Positions 30,434 to 42,890 of a stretch of 64,000 bases of DNA are shown piece by piece. This DNA comes from a virus. Lineage: Duplodnaviria; Caudoviricetes. The stretch lies in the IMG/VR virus record IMGVR_UViG_3300013426_000018, positions 96,001 to 160,000 of that record, one strand, 5' to 3'. Numbering within the stretch: position 1 is the first letter of the stretch; every line of letters starts with the position of its first letter. The notes beneath the pieces were generated by a model. That model had not been told where the DNA came from. It saw only the letters and a program-made list of their open reading frames with translations, and ran no database searches. The translations under genes and the position numbers were made by a program.

Positions 30434-33414
30434 ATGGAATATGAATTAATAAATAAAACAGCAAAAGATTCTAATGTTTTAAATTAGATTTTATTAAATC
30501 GAGGATTTAAAACAGTTTCTGAAATTTAGCATTATCTAAATACAACTAATGATGATATTCTAGACCCTTTGCTTTTGGACAATATGCGGGAAGGGGCTTA
30601 GATGTTAATACGACATGTATCAAACAACGATAAGACACTACTCTGGTTCGACTGTGATTAACTGAAAATGGTCTCAGTCATAAAATAAAATCTTGTAAAT
30701 TGCGGGAAGTTCCTTAATGCTTTAATAACCAAACTAATGCAGAAATGTATTAGTGGCGAAGGTAATGACTAAGGTATGGTAAAATCATTAAAGTTGGATA
30801 ATCCGCAGCGAAATCTCAATAATTTGAGAAACGTTCAACGACTATAATCAGGAGGTATAATTATTAATGTATAGTCTAAACCCTTTATTTAGTTCAAGAA
30901 AAGCAAATGCTCCTTTTTCTTAGGAGCAGTTAGACCAAATTAAAAAATACTTAGAAGATGGTTTTTCTAAAAAAGATATACAAGAATTAACGGGAATTAG
31001 TGCTAAAGCATTAAATAGAAGAATTAAAGAAAACGATTGGTCTTCTTCTCGTAAAAGACATAGTGGATTAACTTAGAAAGAACTTACTGAAATTAAAGAA
31101 AAATATGAAAAAAAAGAAAAAACTCTAGAAGAGTTGTCTAAAGAGTACAATATTTCTTTAAGTAATTTAGCCGATCGAGTTAGTAATAATAAATGGAAGC
31201 GGACCAAGAAAAAAACTCAATATAATTGTAATGAAAATTATTTTGATAATATTAATGATGAGCATAAAGCTTATTGGCTAGGTTTTTTATTTGCCGATGG
31301 TTACATTCTTTCAAAAAGAGAACGAGGATTAAATGAAAGTCAAAGTTTTGGGTTTTCAATTAGCGTTCAAGATATTGAACTTTTTGAAAAATTTAAACAA
31401 GATTTAAGTAGTAATTATCCAGTTAATATTTATGATGTAAAATCAGGCTTTAAAACAGATAAAAGTTATGGAAGAATTCTTATTACTTCTCAACACATGG
31501 TAAATCGTCTTAAAGAATTAGGTATGACAGAAAACAAAACTTATACTATAAAGATACCTAATATCGCGTTAGAGCTAATACCTCATTTTATTAGAGGCTA
31601 TAGTGATGGAGATGGAAGTATCATTATTTCTCGTTTAAAGTCAGGAGAAATTAAATATGAATGGACTGTAACTTCTACTAAAGAAATGTGCCAATCAATT
31701 TTAAATTATATAGAAAAACCTGAACTAAAATTATCTCAACGATGGCCTGAAAGGAATGTAAATAATTGGACTTTAAGGATATCTGGGAATAAACAAGTCC
31801 CTTTAATTTTGTCCAAAATATACGATAATGCGACGATATTTCTTGAACGAAAATATAAAAAATATGCAGAAATGCAGGGTAAAGATGCTTGATGGTTACA
31901 CAAGCGGAGCCGCATTCCTTAACTATTTTCATTATTTATTCCCTACTTTCATAGAAAATAGTGTTAGCTATTAGACTAATGAAGGTAAAAAGCATGGGCT
32001 AATTTTAGATAATGTGCCCGAAGGAATTAAATTTATTATAATGCCTGACGCAGGTTCAAACAATATAGAAGAATGCCGAGTTTTAAAAGAACAACGAAAT
32101 ATTGATGTGCTTATTTTAGACCATCATATGTGTGAAACTTAGAATTCTTATGCGTGCGTGATAAATAACCAAATGTGCGATTACCCTAATAAAACGCTCT
32201 CTGGTGTTGGTATTGTCTATAAATTTTGTTAGTATTTTGATAGTTTATTGGGGACTAATTATGCTAATAATATTATTGACTTAGTAGCTTTAGGAATGAT
32301 TGCGGATGTCATGGATTTGCGTGATTTCGAGACTAAAAGACTCATAGATATGGGGTTAGCGCATATTACAAACCCATTCTTTCAAATAATGGTGTTAAAA
32401 CAAGAGTACTCTTTGAAAGGTGAAATAACTCCAATCGGAGTTGCTTTTTATATAGTGCCTTTTGTAAATGCTGTTGCCAGAATAGGAAAACCGCAGGAAA
32501 AGCTCTTAATCTTTGAATCTCTTTTGGACTATAAAGGTAATGAAATGATTTCTTCAACCAAAAGAGGATGTAAAGGACAAGAAGAAACACGTGCGGAATA
32601 GGCTTGTCGCACAGCTTCAAATATAAAAGCCCATTAGCAAAAAGAACGAGATAAAGCAATCAAAATTATAGAAGAACTTATTGAAGAGCAAGGTCTATTG
32701 AAAAATAAGATTCTTGCAGTAAGATTAGATAAAGAACATTCTATTAATCGAGCACTTACTGGTTTATGTGCAAACGTTCTTATGGGGAAATATAAACGTC
32801 CAGTTTTACTTTTAAGCCAAACAGAAGATGAACATGGTTGTATCTGCTGGGAAGGTTCTGGTAGAAACGTGGGGCATTCTAAATTCGATAATTTTAGAGA
32901 GTTCTTGCGAGAAAGCGGATATGTAATGTATGCAGAGGGCCACAATAGCGCTTTTGGTACGGGCATCTGTGATGACCTTTTCGATGCCTTCATTGCATAC
33001 TCTAACGAGGCTCTTAAAGATTATGATTTTTCTGCTTGTTATCAAGTTGATTTTATTTTTAATCAAGAAACTCTTACTGGAAGAAATATTCTTGATATTG
33101 CTAATCTAAATCACCTTTGGGGAACTGGCATAGAAGAGCCTTATATTGCGATTGAAAATATTAAAGTGACTGACAATATAATTCTTATGTCACCTGATAA
33201 AAATCCTACAATGAAAATCCTTCTTCCTAATGGAATTACAGCTATTAAATTTAAATCTTCTGCTGAAGAAGTCGAAAAGTTAAAAGGGAGTAATGGCTTA
33301 ACTACTTACATTAATATAATTGGACGTTGTGCTTCTAATATTTGGCAAGGTAATGTTACTCCTTAGATATTAATAGAAGATTACGAGATTTGTAAGAAAG
33401 CATATGACTTTTGA
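30434..33414 (+). CDS. recJ: RecJ-like DHH ssDNA exonuclease, spliced (exons 30434-30658, 31888-33414)
   Basis: DCD|LDGYTS, HGL, ILDHH, LSGVG, LGMIADVM, GSGR, GH.SAFG. Many TAGs. Confidence 0.85.
30659..31887 (+). mobile_element. Group I intron in recJ with LAGLIDADG endonuclease
   Basis: AATTGCGGGAA, AATCCGCAGC, TTCAACGACTA, TATAGTC. The ORF lies after the core. Confidence 0.85.
30867..31892 (+). CDS. Intron-encoded LAGLIDADG endonuclease
   Basis: GGAGG RBS and ATG 30867, TAG readthrough. AYWLGFLFADG, FIRGYSDGDG. The stop lies in the 3' exon. Confidence 0.8.
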
Positions 33415-33562
33415 TAGAGAAATTAGTTGCTCGGGTCGAACTGGGTAGCTAATTTCGCTTTCAGGAATCAAAAATGCTTTTAGTAATTTTTGGAGAAAAG
33501 TTGGAAAATATAAAAAAAATATGGTATAATATAATAAAAGAGAAAGGAGGAAGTAGAGCCAA

Positions 33563-34755
33563 ATGGAACTTACTGAGAGATAGAAACAAGGTTTGAAAAT
33601 CGCTGTAGCCAGATATAAAGCACATGAGCATTATACTGTGATATCTGGCTACGCTTAACTGGGACAGGCAAGAGTACACTTGTGCGATTTATAATATCCG
33701 CTCTTGGATTAAAAGATCGACAAGTAGCGTATATAGCTTTTACTGGAAAGGCTTCACAAGTGCTAGTATAGAAAGGATGTCCGAACGCTACTACTGCACA
33801 TAAATTACTTTATTATTCTCATAGAAATAAAGATGGAACTTTTACTTTCCATCCAAGAGGAAAACTAGAAAATCCTTTTCTTAAACTAATTGTAGTAGAT
33901 GAAGTTTCAATGCTGCCAATGTCGCTTTGGAATACGCTTTTGTCTCATCATATTTACGTCATAGCTTTGGGGGATCCCTTTTAGATCCCTGTCATAAATC
34001 CGAATGAAGATAATCACGTTTTAGACAGACCGCACATCTTTCTTGATGAAATTATGCGACAAGCTTTAGATAATGAAATCATTCGATTCTCCATGTGGAT
34101 TCGTAATGGCGGAACAATAGCAAATTATCATGGAGAAAATAAAGAAGTAAAAGTATTGAGTCCAGAAGAATTGAATACTGGAGTTTTAGCTTGGGCTGAT
34201 TAGATTTTATGTGCTACAAATGCCACTCGCAATAAAATGAATATGGAAGTCCGCAAGATTAAAGGATTTCCTGAAGCCCCGCAAATTGGAGATAAAATTA
34301 TTGGTTTAACTAATCATTGGAGCTTTTCTGATCCTCCTCTTACAAATGGTTCTATTGGGACAATCACTGACGCACAAACTGAGTTTATTAGACTTCCTAG
34401 ATATATTAGTTCAGAACCTATTAAAATATTAAAAACTACTATGGTAGATGAAATGGGAAACACTTTTTATGATATTCCTATTGATTATAATTGTTTAATG
34501 ACAGGACAAAAAACTTTAAGTGTGAAACAAGAAATACAAATTAAAAATAATGAATTATTAAAAGAACAAGGAATTGAAGCTCCTTTTGATTTTGCTTATG
34601 GATATGCTATTACTTGTCATAAATTCCAAGGTAGCTCTGCTCCAAAAGTTTTAGTATTTGAAGAGCATTTTCCTTTTGAGCCTGTTGAGCATGCTCGATG
34701 GATTTATACAGCAGCCACAAGAAGTGAGAACCGTCTTGTGCTTGTAAAGAGGTGA
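33563..34755 (+). CDS. RecD/Dda-like SF1 helicase, interrupted by a 5-nt insertion in Walker A
   Basis: ISGYA[TAACT]GTGKST, AFTGKA, VVDEVSM, LGDPF*I, EIMRQ, YAITCHKFQGS, YTAATR. Confidence 0.75.
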
Positions 34756-34760
34756 ATTAA

Positions 34761-37700
34761 TTGACACTTGTTTACCCTGGAAGTTTACATAATCATACTG
34801 AATACTCAAATTTACGCTTAAGAGATTCTATTAACCGTATTGATGATTTAATTAATTATGCTATTGAGTTAGGACAAGAGGTAATTGCCATTACAGAACA
34901 TGAAACAATAGCAAATGCCTTAAAGATAGAAAAATATTATGAGAAAATTAAAAAAGAACATCCAAATTTTAAAGTAATTCTTGGCAATGAGATTTATTTG
35001 TGCCGTAATGGATTGACTAATGAAAATTTTCAAAAAGGAATAGATAAATATTATCATTTTATTCTCTTAGCGAAAGATAGTATTGGTCATCAGCAAATTA
35101 GAGAATTATCTACTAGAGCTTGGAATCGTTCTTGGATGACTGGTAAAATGCGGCGAGTACCTACTTATTATAGTGATATAATAGAAATAATTGGGGCTAA
35201 TCCTGGCCATGTCATAGGAAGTAGTGCCTGTTTAGGCGGTTTTCTTGATTCTAAAATTCTTGAATGGTATAACAATGAACAATCAAAAGAATTATATCAA
35301 AAAATTAAAGAATGGTGTTTAAGCATACAAAATATTTTTGGTATTAATAATTTTTATCTTGAAATGCAACCTTCCGCAAATAAAGACCAACTTATTGCCA
35401 ATGAAATTATTTATCAATTATCAGAAGAATTAAACATTCCTTTTATTATTACGACAGATAGTCATTATTGTAAAAAAGAAGACGCAGCTATTCATAAAGC
35501 TTTTCTTAATTCTCAAGAGGGTGATAGAGAAGTTGATGCTTTTTACGCTACTACCTATTTAATGGGAACAGAAGAGCTTGAAGGATATATGAATAATTTT
35601 AACAAAGAAGTTTTTTCTAAAGCTTATGAAAATATCTTAAATATTAAAAATTCTTGTCAAGACTATTCTTTAAAGAAAACATTAAAAATTCCTTCTCTTT
35701 ATTGGAAAACCCCAAAAACTCAAATAATTGAACCTATTTGGTTTGAAAGAATTCCTTATTTTAAACAATTTGAAGAATCTACTTTTAATGGAGATAAAAT
35801 TTTAATTCGTTTAATTGTTGACAAACTCTTAAGTGATACTAGATTACAAAATAAAGAAACTTATGATGAAATTAATGATAATTTAAGAATTACATGGATT
35901 TCTTCTGAAGTAAATAAAGCGCATTGGAGTGCTTACTTTTTAAATCTTCAAAATATTATTGATGTGTGCTGGGAAGCAGGAACTATAGTAGGGCCAGGTC
36001 GTGGTTCAGGCGTTGGGTTTTTATTATTATATATTTTAGATATTATTCAAATTAATCCTATGTGGGAAACTACTAAAACTTTTTCATGGAGGTCAACCAA
36101 ATCGGTTTAAAGGCTTCCTCTGCTTGGCGACAAGCTTAAAATAAATTATATGAACACATAATAACGTGGTGTAAAATTATAAAATAATTTTGCTAACGGT
36201 GGACAGTTTTAAATAAACTAAATACCGTGCTTTTTACATACACTTGGAGAGCCAATCGTATGTAAAAGTGTATCGACTATGGGTATAACCCAGTAGATTA
36301 GATTTTATTACTAATCGAAGCGTATAAACTCTCCATAATATATTAATAAAGGATATGATATTATGGGATGTATTTATAAAATTACAAATACTTTAAATAA
36401 TAAAATTTATATTGGTTAGACGGTAAAAACTATTGAAAAAAGATTTCAATAGCATAAAAACAATAGCAATAAACCCTATTTTTCTCAAATAGTATTATAT
36501 AAAGCCTTTAATAAATACGGAATTGAAAATTTTATTTGTGAACAAGTAGAAGAAGTAGATAATGAAAAATTAGATGAAAGAGAAAAATATTGGATTGAAT
36601 ATTATGATAGTTTTTTTAATGGCTATAATTCTACTTTAGGAGGACGAGCTACTCAATTATATAATTGGGACATTGATGATATTATTGAAAAATATCAATA
36701 GTTAAAATCTGCCCGTAAAGTAGCAAAAGAAATTGGATGTGACCATTCTACTATAGATAGATTATTAAATGAAAACGGTATAATACGTTTTACCCCAGCT
36801 TAGTAGTAGTCCAAGGCGTTAAGTATAATTGATAAACAAAATTAGATTCATAATTTCGATACTACTACAGATGCTGCAAAATGGTTAATAGAAAATAAAT
36901 TTACCAAAATAACCAATCCTGTTATTGTAAGACAAGAAATTTGTGTTAGATTACGAAAAAATAAAAAGTATTTGGGATTAAAAATGTATTATTAGGAGAG
37001 TAAGAGATAGTCAGCACTTTCAGTGATGGAAGATTAATGCGTTTTAAATCCTAATCGAGTTTCTGTCCTTGATATTGATACAGATATTGAAGGAGGGCGT
37101 CGCCCACAGGTTCTTCAAGCCCTTCGAGATTATTATGGAGAGGATAGAGTTGCTAATGTTGTTACTTTTGGAACTGAAAAAAGTAAAAGCGCAATACAAA
37201 CTGCCGCAAGAGGTTTGGGCGTTGATAATGATATTGCTTTATATATTTCATCACTTATTCCAGCTGATCGAGGTATTACTAGAACTTTAAAGCAATGTTA
37301 TTATGGTGATGAAGAAAATGATTTCAAACCTATTCCTGATTTTATTAAAGAAATGAATAATTATCCTGAACTTTGGAAAGTCGCTCAAAAAGTAGAAGGA
37401 TTAACGGCAAAAACTAGTCCTTCAAAGATTTAAAATATTTTTTCCTAATATATTATTAGGGGTTATATAAAATTATAGCTAACGGGGAAGCCTTAACAAG
37501 TAAAGTTGAAGGTAATCCCGTGGGATTAATTTCTTATGGTTAAAAGAGTTTAACAGCATTTTTTATTTTTTTATTATTAAGAAAGGAGGATAAGAAAAAT
37601 GAATTATATTTATGGTTATTTGAATAAAATTTCTAATAAATGGTATGTTGGACAAACAACTTTACCTATTAAAGAACGTCATAGGTTACATCTTTCTGGA

Positions 37701-40700
37701 GCCAAAAATAAAAATAGTTCTGATTACAATTGTTTGTTTCATAAAAAAATACGAGAATATGGAATAGAAAATTTTGAACTTTTTATTTTAGAAAAAGTTC
37801 CTAATAAAGAAGATTTAGATAAAAAAGAGCAATTCTGGATAAAACAAAAAAATAGTTTCGTTAAATATGGACAAGGATATAATATTACTACTGGTGGATA
37901 GAAAAGAAAAGTTAATGAAGATTATTGGGATATAAGATGTTGCTTATCAAAAGAAGAAGCTTTGAACATAATAAGACTTTTAAAAGAAACAGATATTCCA
38001 TAGACTGAAATAGCGAAACAGTATAATATTAATATTGGTATTGTCAATCAAATAAATAGCGGTAAAAAATATCGTTTATTGGAAGAAAATCAATATCCAA
38101 TAAGAGAAAAAAAAATTCTCCCTTTATCTACAGAAACAGTGGAAGTAATTATTGCTTTATTGCAGTAGGGTTATGGTAATGCAGAAATTGCTAAGATGTT
38201 CAATGGAGAAGTAAAACCAGGAACTATTTCAGCTATTAATATTGGAGATAAGCATAAAAGCCCAAAATATTCTTATCCTATTCGTAAAAAGACTAATGAA
38301 AAAATAAAAAAACAAGAACAAGCTGAAAAAATTAAATATCTTTTAGAAGAAGGAAAATTAAATAATAAACAAATTTCTGAAATTATAGGTTGTGATCCTT
38401 CTATTGTTTCTAGAATAAATTATGGGAAAACTTATAAAGATGAAAATAGAAAATATCCTATAAGAAATTAACCTGTATCGACTATAGTGGGTCAATCCGC
38501 TAGTAAGAATACTATTAATAAGTATTTTGAAACATTTATTACCTTTAAGGTTAAGATATAGTCAATACTAGTAGAAATACTAGATTTTATGTAGTATGTC
38601 GTGTAGGAGAACACGCGGGTGGTATTGTTTTTGTAGATGAACCTTTTACCAACTCTACAGCCCTTATGAAAGTTCCTAATGGAGATACAGTTACTCAATT
38701 TGATCTCCATGATGATGAAGATGTGTCCCTTATTAAGATAGATATGTTATCTGTAGAAGGTTATGATAAAATTCATAACTGTCTTGATTTATTGTGTGAT
38801 GCTGGATATATTAAAAAAGAAGCTACATTACGAGAAACTTATGAAAAAGTATTGGGTATTTATAATCTTGAAAGAGAAAATCCTAAAATGTGGGAAATGG
38901 TTTGGAATCATAAAATTCAATCATTATTCCAAATGGAACAGCAAAGTGGAACTCAAGGTATTGCTTTAACCCACCCAGAATCCGTAGATGATCTTGCTGT
39001 TTTGAATTCAGTTATTCGATTAATGGCGCAAGAAAAAAATGCTGAACAGCCATTAAATAAATATGCTAGATTTAAAAATAATATTTCTTTATGGTATAAA
39101 GAAATGGATATGTATGGTCTTACTAAAGAAGAACAAAAACTTCTTGAGCCAATAGTTAAACAGTCTTATGGTATTTGTGAATCTCAAGAGAAATTTATGC
39201 AATTAGTTCAAATGCCTGAGTGCGGAGGTTTTGACCTAACTTGGGCAGATAAATTGCGTAAATCAATAGCTAAATTTTTGGCGTTTTAAAAAGAAATTTT
39301 TAAAATTATTATTGGGCAAAATCGGTGAAGGCTAAATAAAGAATTTTTATAATTAACGACAGATAGAATATGAAAGGTCGTTGAATATGAAAAAAATAGT
39401 AAGTGAAGAAGAAAAAAATATATGGAAACAAAGATACCTAAACGGTGAAACAGCAAGAAATATTGCTAAAGATTTCCCTTAGTATAACGAAACTACAATA
39501 AGTAGACATATTAAAAAGATGGGAATATCCAGAGGAAAAGGCAAAATTGCTGAATATAAAGATTTAGAAGAAATTATTATTTAGGAATATCAAGACGATA
39601 AAATGGCAACTTGTTCATCATTATCCTTGAAATATAAGATTAATGATAGAACAATTTCTAAATGGTTAAAAAATCATAATATTCCAATAAAGCAGAATAG
39701 TGGTTATATTTCTAAAGCAGATTAGAATTATTTTAAAATAATAGATACTCCAAGCAAAGCTTATCTATTAGGTTTTATTACAGCAGATGGCGCTGTAACT
39801 GGAAAAGTAAAAGAAAAACCAACTTCTTGTAGTATTGAAGTTTAGGAAAAAAATAAAAATATAATACTATTTGCTCAAAAAGAAATTAATCCTTTTGCTA
39901 CTATTACTAATTGCCATTATAAAGGGAAAAATAATTTAAGAATAAGTTTTAATGGAGTTTAGCTATGTTCTTATTTAGAACGATATGGAATAGTTTAGAA
40001 TAAAAGTAAAACTATAAAAGAAGTTCCCTATGATTTAATCCCTAAAGAATTATTGTGTTTTTATTTTAGAGGATTAATTGATGGAGATGGTTGTATAGGA
40101 AAAAGAGGACAAGTTTCTATTTATTCGGGAAGTAAAGATTTTTTAATTTCAGTTTAGACCATTTTATGCAATGAACTTGGCTTAAAAAAATTAAAAATTT
40201 ATTAGGGAACAGCATATTTTCTTACTTGGACAAGTAAAGAAGATAGAGAAAAACTTTTTAATTTTTTATATAAAGATAATTTAAATATGACTTACTATTA
40301 TGAAAGAAAATACAATCGTTTATATAATTCTTTATATGCTAATACCGAGGTAACTTCTTAGATTACGCAAGGCTAAGAAGCACCGTAGAGCGTAGATAGT
40401 GAATAAATATAATCTATCCAAGAGTGTCCGACATCTTAATCTTATAAAGAAAGATGAAAATGTACGCCGAACTTATAAGAAATTATAAGAATTATTGGAT
40501 AAAAAGCCAATAAGATAACATATTGAAAAAAAACCCCAAAGGTTTCCTTGAATTACAAAAAGAATTTTTTAAAAACGCAAAAGAAAAACATTTAAGTGAA
40601 CATTTTTGTAATTATGTATGGAATGTGCTTGTATCAACAAGTAAAGGCTATGGATTTAATGCTTCACATACATTAGCCTATTCTCTCGTTGGACTTCAAG

Positions 40701-42034
40701 AAATGAATCTTGGCTTTAAGTATCCTATTATCTTTTGGAATACTGCGTGTCTTATTACTGATAGTGGTGGAGCAGATGAAGATATTGGAGATAAAAATAA
40801 TAACTATGATAAAATTGCTACAGCAATTGGTAAAATGCAACAAGCAGGAGTAAGTATAGCTCTTCCTAATATTAATAAATCTGAATATACATTTACCCCA
40901 AAAGTAAATGAAAATCAAATTTATTTTGGCCTACGAGGTATGCTTAATATTGGTGATGAACTAATCCAAACTATTATTGCTAATCGTCCTTATGAGTCTC
41001 CTAAAGACTTTGTAAATAGAGTGTCGCCCAAAAAACAATCTATGATTTCTCTCATTAAAGGTGGCGCTTTCGATGAAATGGCTGACCGCAAATTTGTTAT
41101 GGCTTGGTATTTATGGTCTGTTTGTGATAAAAAAACTCGTTTGACTCTCCAAAATATGCCAGGATTAATTAAATATAATCTCTTACCTCTTGAAATCCCT
41201 GAGCAAAAAATGGCAAAAAGAGTTTATGAATTTAATCGTTATCTTAAAGCTATTAACAAAGGTAATAAATCTGATTATTTTGAATTAGACAATAGAGCTA
41301 TTAATTTCTTAATTGAAATTGGAGCAGAAAATTTAATTCATCAAAATACTTTATTAAATCAAAAGATTTGGGATAAACAAATTTATCAGAAATATATGGA
41401 CATTTTTCGTTCTTGGATTAATGAACATAAAGATGAAATTCTTCAAAAAATGAATGATTTAATCTTTATGGAAGAGTGGAATAAATATGCGGGTAATGGC
41501 AATATCTCAGCTTGGGAAATGGAAGTTCTTTGTTTTTATTATCATAACCATGAATTAAAAGATGCCAATAAGACTAAATATGGCTTTACTAATTTCTTTA
41601 ATTTACCTGAAAATCCAATAGTAGAAAAAAGTTGGAAAAAAGGCGATAAAGAAATTAAAATCTTTAAACTTTCAAGGCTCTGTGGTACTTGTATTGCGAA
41701 AAATAAAACTAAAGGTATTGTTACAATTCTTACTACTGATGGAGTTGTAAATGTTAAATTCCGAAAAGAAGTATTTGCTCTTTTTGATAAACAAATATCT
41801 CAAAAGAATACAGATGGAACAAAAAAGATTATTGAAAAGTCTTGGTTTAATCGTGGAAATATGATTGCAGTTACTGGTATACGATCAGGTGATAATTTTA
41901 TTATGAAAAAATATGCAGCGACTCCTGGGGCGTCTCTCTATAAGATTAAAGAAGTTTGCCCAAATGGAGAACTTATTTTAACAGATCAGCGCGCGCAGGG
42001 AGAACTTGAAGAGGAGGAAGAGGGAACTATTTAA
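34761..42034 (+). CDS. dnaE: DNA polymerase III alpha, spliced (exons 34761-36093, 37042-37401, 38592-39271, 40526-42034)
   Basis: PHP domain LHNHTEYS, GPGRGSG, WR-F-LNP..VLDIDTD, EG-L-VCRVGEHAGG, KSIA|KK, GYGFNASH. Confidence 0.9.
36094..37041 (+). mobile_element. Group I intron 1 of dnaE with GIY-YIG endonuclease
   Basis: GCTAACGGT, ATACCGTG, ATCGACTA, AAGAGATAGTC. U|...G. Confidence 0.82.
36363..37037 (+). CDS. Intron-encoded GIY-YIG endonuclease (TAG-rich)
   Basis: MGCIYKITNTLNNKIYIG*T...GYNSTLGG. Open only with TAG readthrough. Confidence 0.78.
37402..38591 (+). mobile_element. Group I intron 2 of dnaE with GIY-YIG endonuclease
   Basis: P1 GAAGGAT/GTCCTTC with a U-G pair at the junction. 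ATCGACTA, AAGATATAGTC. Confidence 0.87.
37599..38471 (+). CDS. Intron-encoded GIY-YIG endonuclease
   Basis: YIYGYLN...WYVGQT. In frame with the 38196 track ORF through TAGs. Confidence 0.8.
39272..40525 (+). mobile_element. Group I intron 3 of dnaE with LAGLIDADG endonuclease
   Basis: AATCGGTGAA, AATACCGAG, GTAGAGCGTA, AAATGTACGCCG. U|...G. Confidence 0.85.
39387..40376 (+). CDS. Intron-encoded LAGLIDADG endonuclease (TAG-rich)
   Basis: AYLLGFITADG and YFRGLIDGDG. Open only with TAG readthrough. Confidence 0.8.
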
Positions 42035-42046
42035 GTCCTTAAAGCA

Positions 42047-42808
42047 ATGAAAAAAAAGAAAATTATTAATGCTTTTTTATATGAAAATAAATGTGAGACT
42101 TGCGGAGAGACTCTCCCAAATTACGGCTATATTTTTGAACATTCTGTGAAATGTCCGAATTGTAATTTTCCTAATTGGGTACTAAAAGATATTAAGTATG
42201 TTTTTGAAGATAATGGAACTCCAAAAGCATACTATCCAAAATATAATATTATTGCTTTAACTGGCAAGAGTGGTAGCGGAAAAGACACTATTTTAAAAGA
42301 ATTTAAGAAAAATCATTTTCCTGGGATTCTTCCTGTTGTACAAGCAACAACTCGTCCTAGACGCTCTCCCTCTGAGCCAGGGTATCTTTTTTATGATGAT
42401 GAAGAATGGGCTGCTCTTGAAGAACAAGAAGCTTTTCTTGAATCAACAGTTTTTAATAATTGGCATTATGGAACATTAACTTCTTCGTTAACTTCTAATC
42501 CTGACTCTTGGAACATTGGTATCTTTTCTCCTGCGGCAATTGAGCAACTGCGCACTAACCCAAAAGTAGGCAAGTTAAAAGTTTTTGAAGTTTGTTGTGG
42601 CGATAAAACTCGCATAGAAAGAAGTCTCGCCAGAGAAAAGACTCCAAATATTATGGAAATTTGTCGTAGAATGTTAGCTGATGAAGAAGATTTTAAAACG
42701 CTATCTCCCCTTCTGGATATTAGACTTTTAGGAAATGATTGCCCAGATGATATTGATACATGCGTAAATACTATATTAAAATATACCACAGGTCAAGAAA
42801 GAGAATAA
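42047..42808 (+). CDS. gmk: Guanylate kinase-like protein with N-terminal Zn ribbon
   Basis: CETC...CPNC, then GKSGSGKDT, TTRPRR..E..Y.F, WHYGT. Confidence 0.75.
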   Translation: MKKKKIINAFLYENKCETCGETLPNYGYIFEHSVKCPNCNFPNWVLKDIKYVFEDNGTPKAYYPKYNIIALTGKSGSGKDTILKEFKKNHFPGILPVVQATTRPRRSPSEPGYLFYDDEEWAALEEQEAFLESTVFNNWHYGTLTSSLTSNPDSWNIGIFSPAAIEQLRTNPKVGKLKVFEVCCGDKTRIERSLAREKTPNIMEICRRMLADEEDFKTLSPLLDIRLLGNDCPDDIDTCVNTILKYTTGQERE

Positions 42809-42890
42809 CTATTATGTAAAATCCCATATTAATTATGGGATTTTATTCCCTACTCAAAATTAATTTATATATATGAGGAGGACTTTAACT

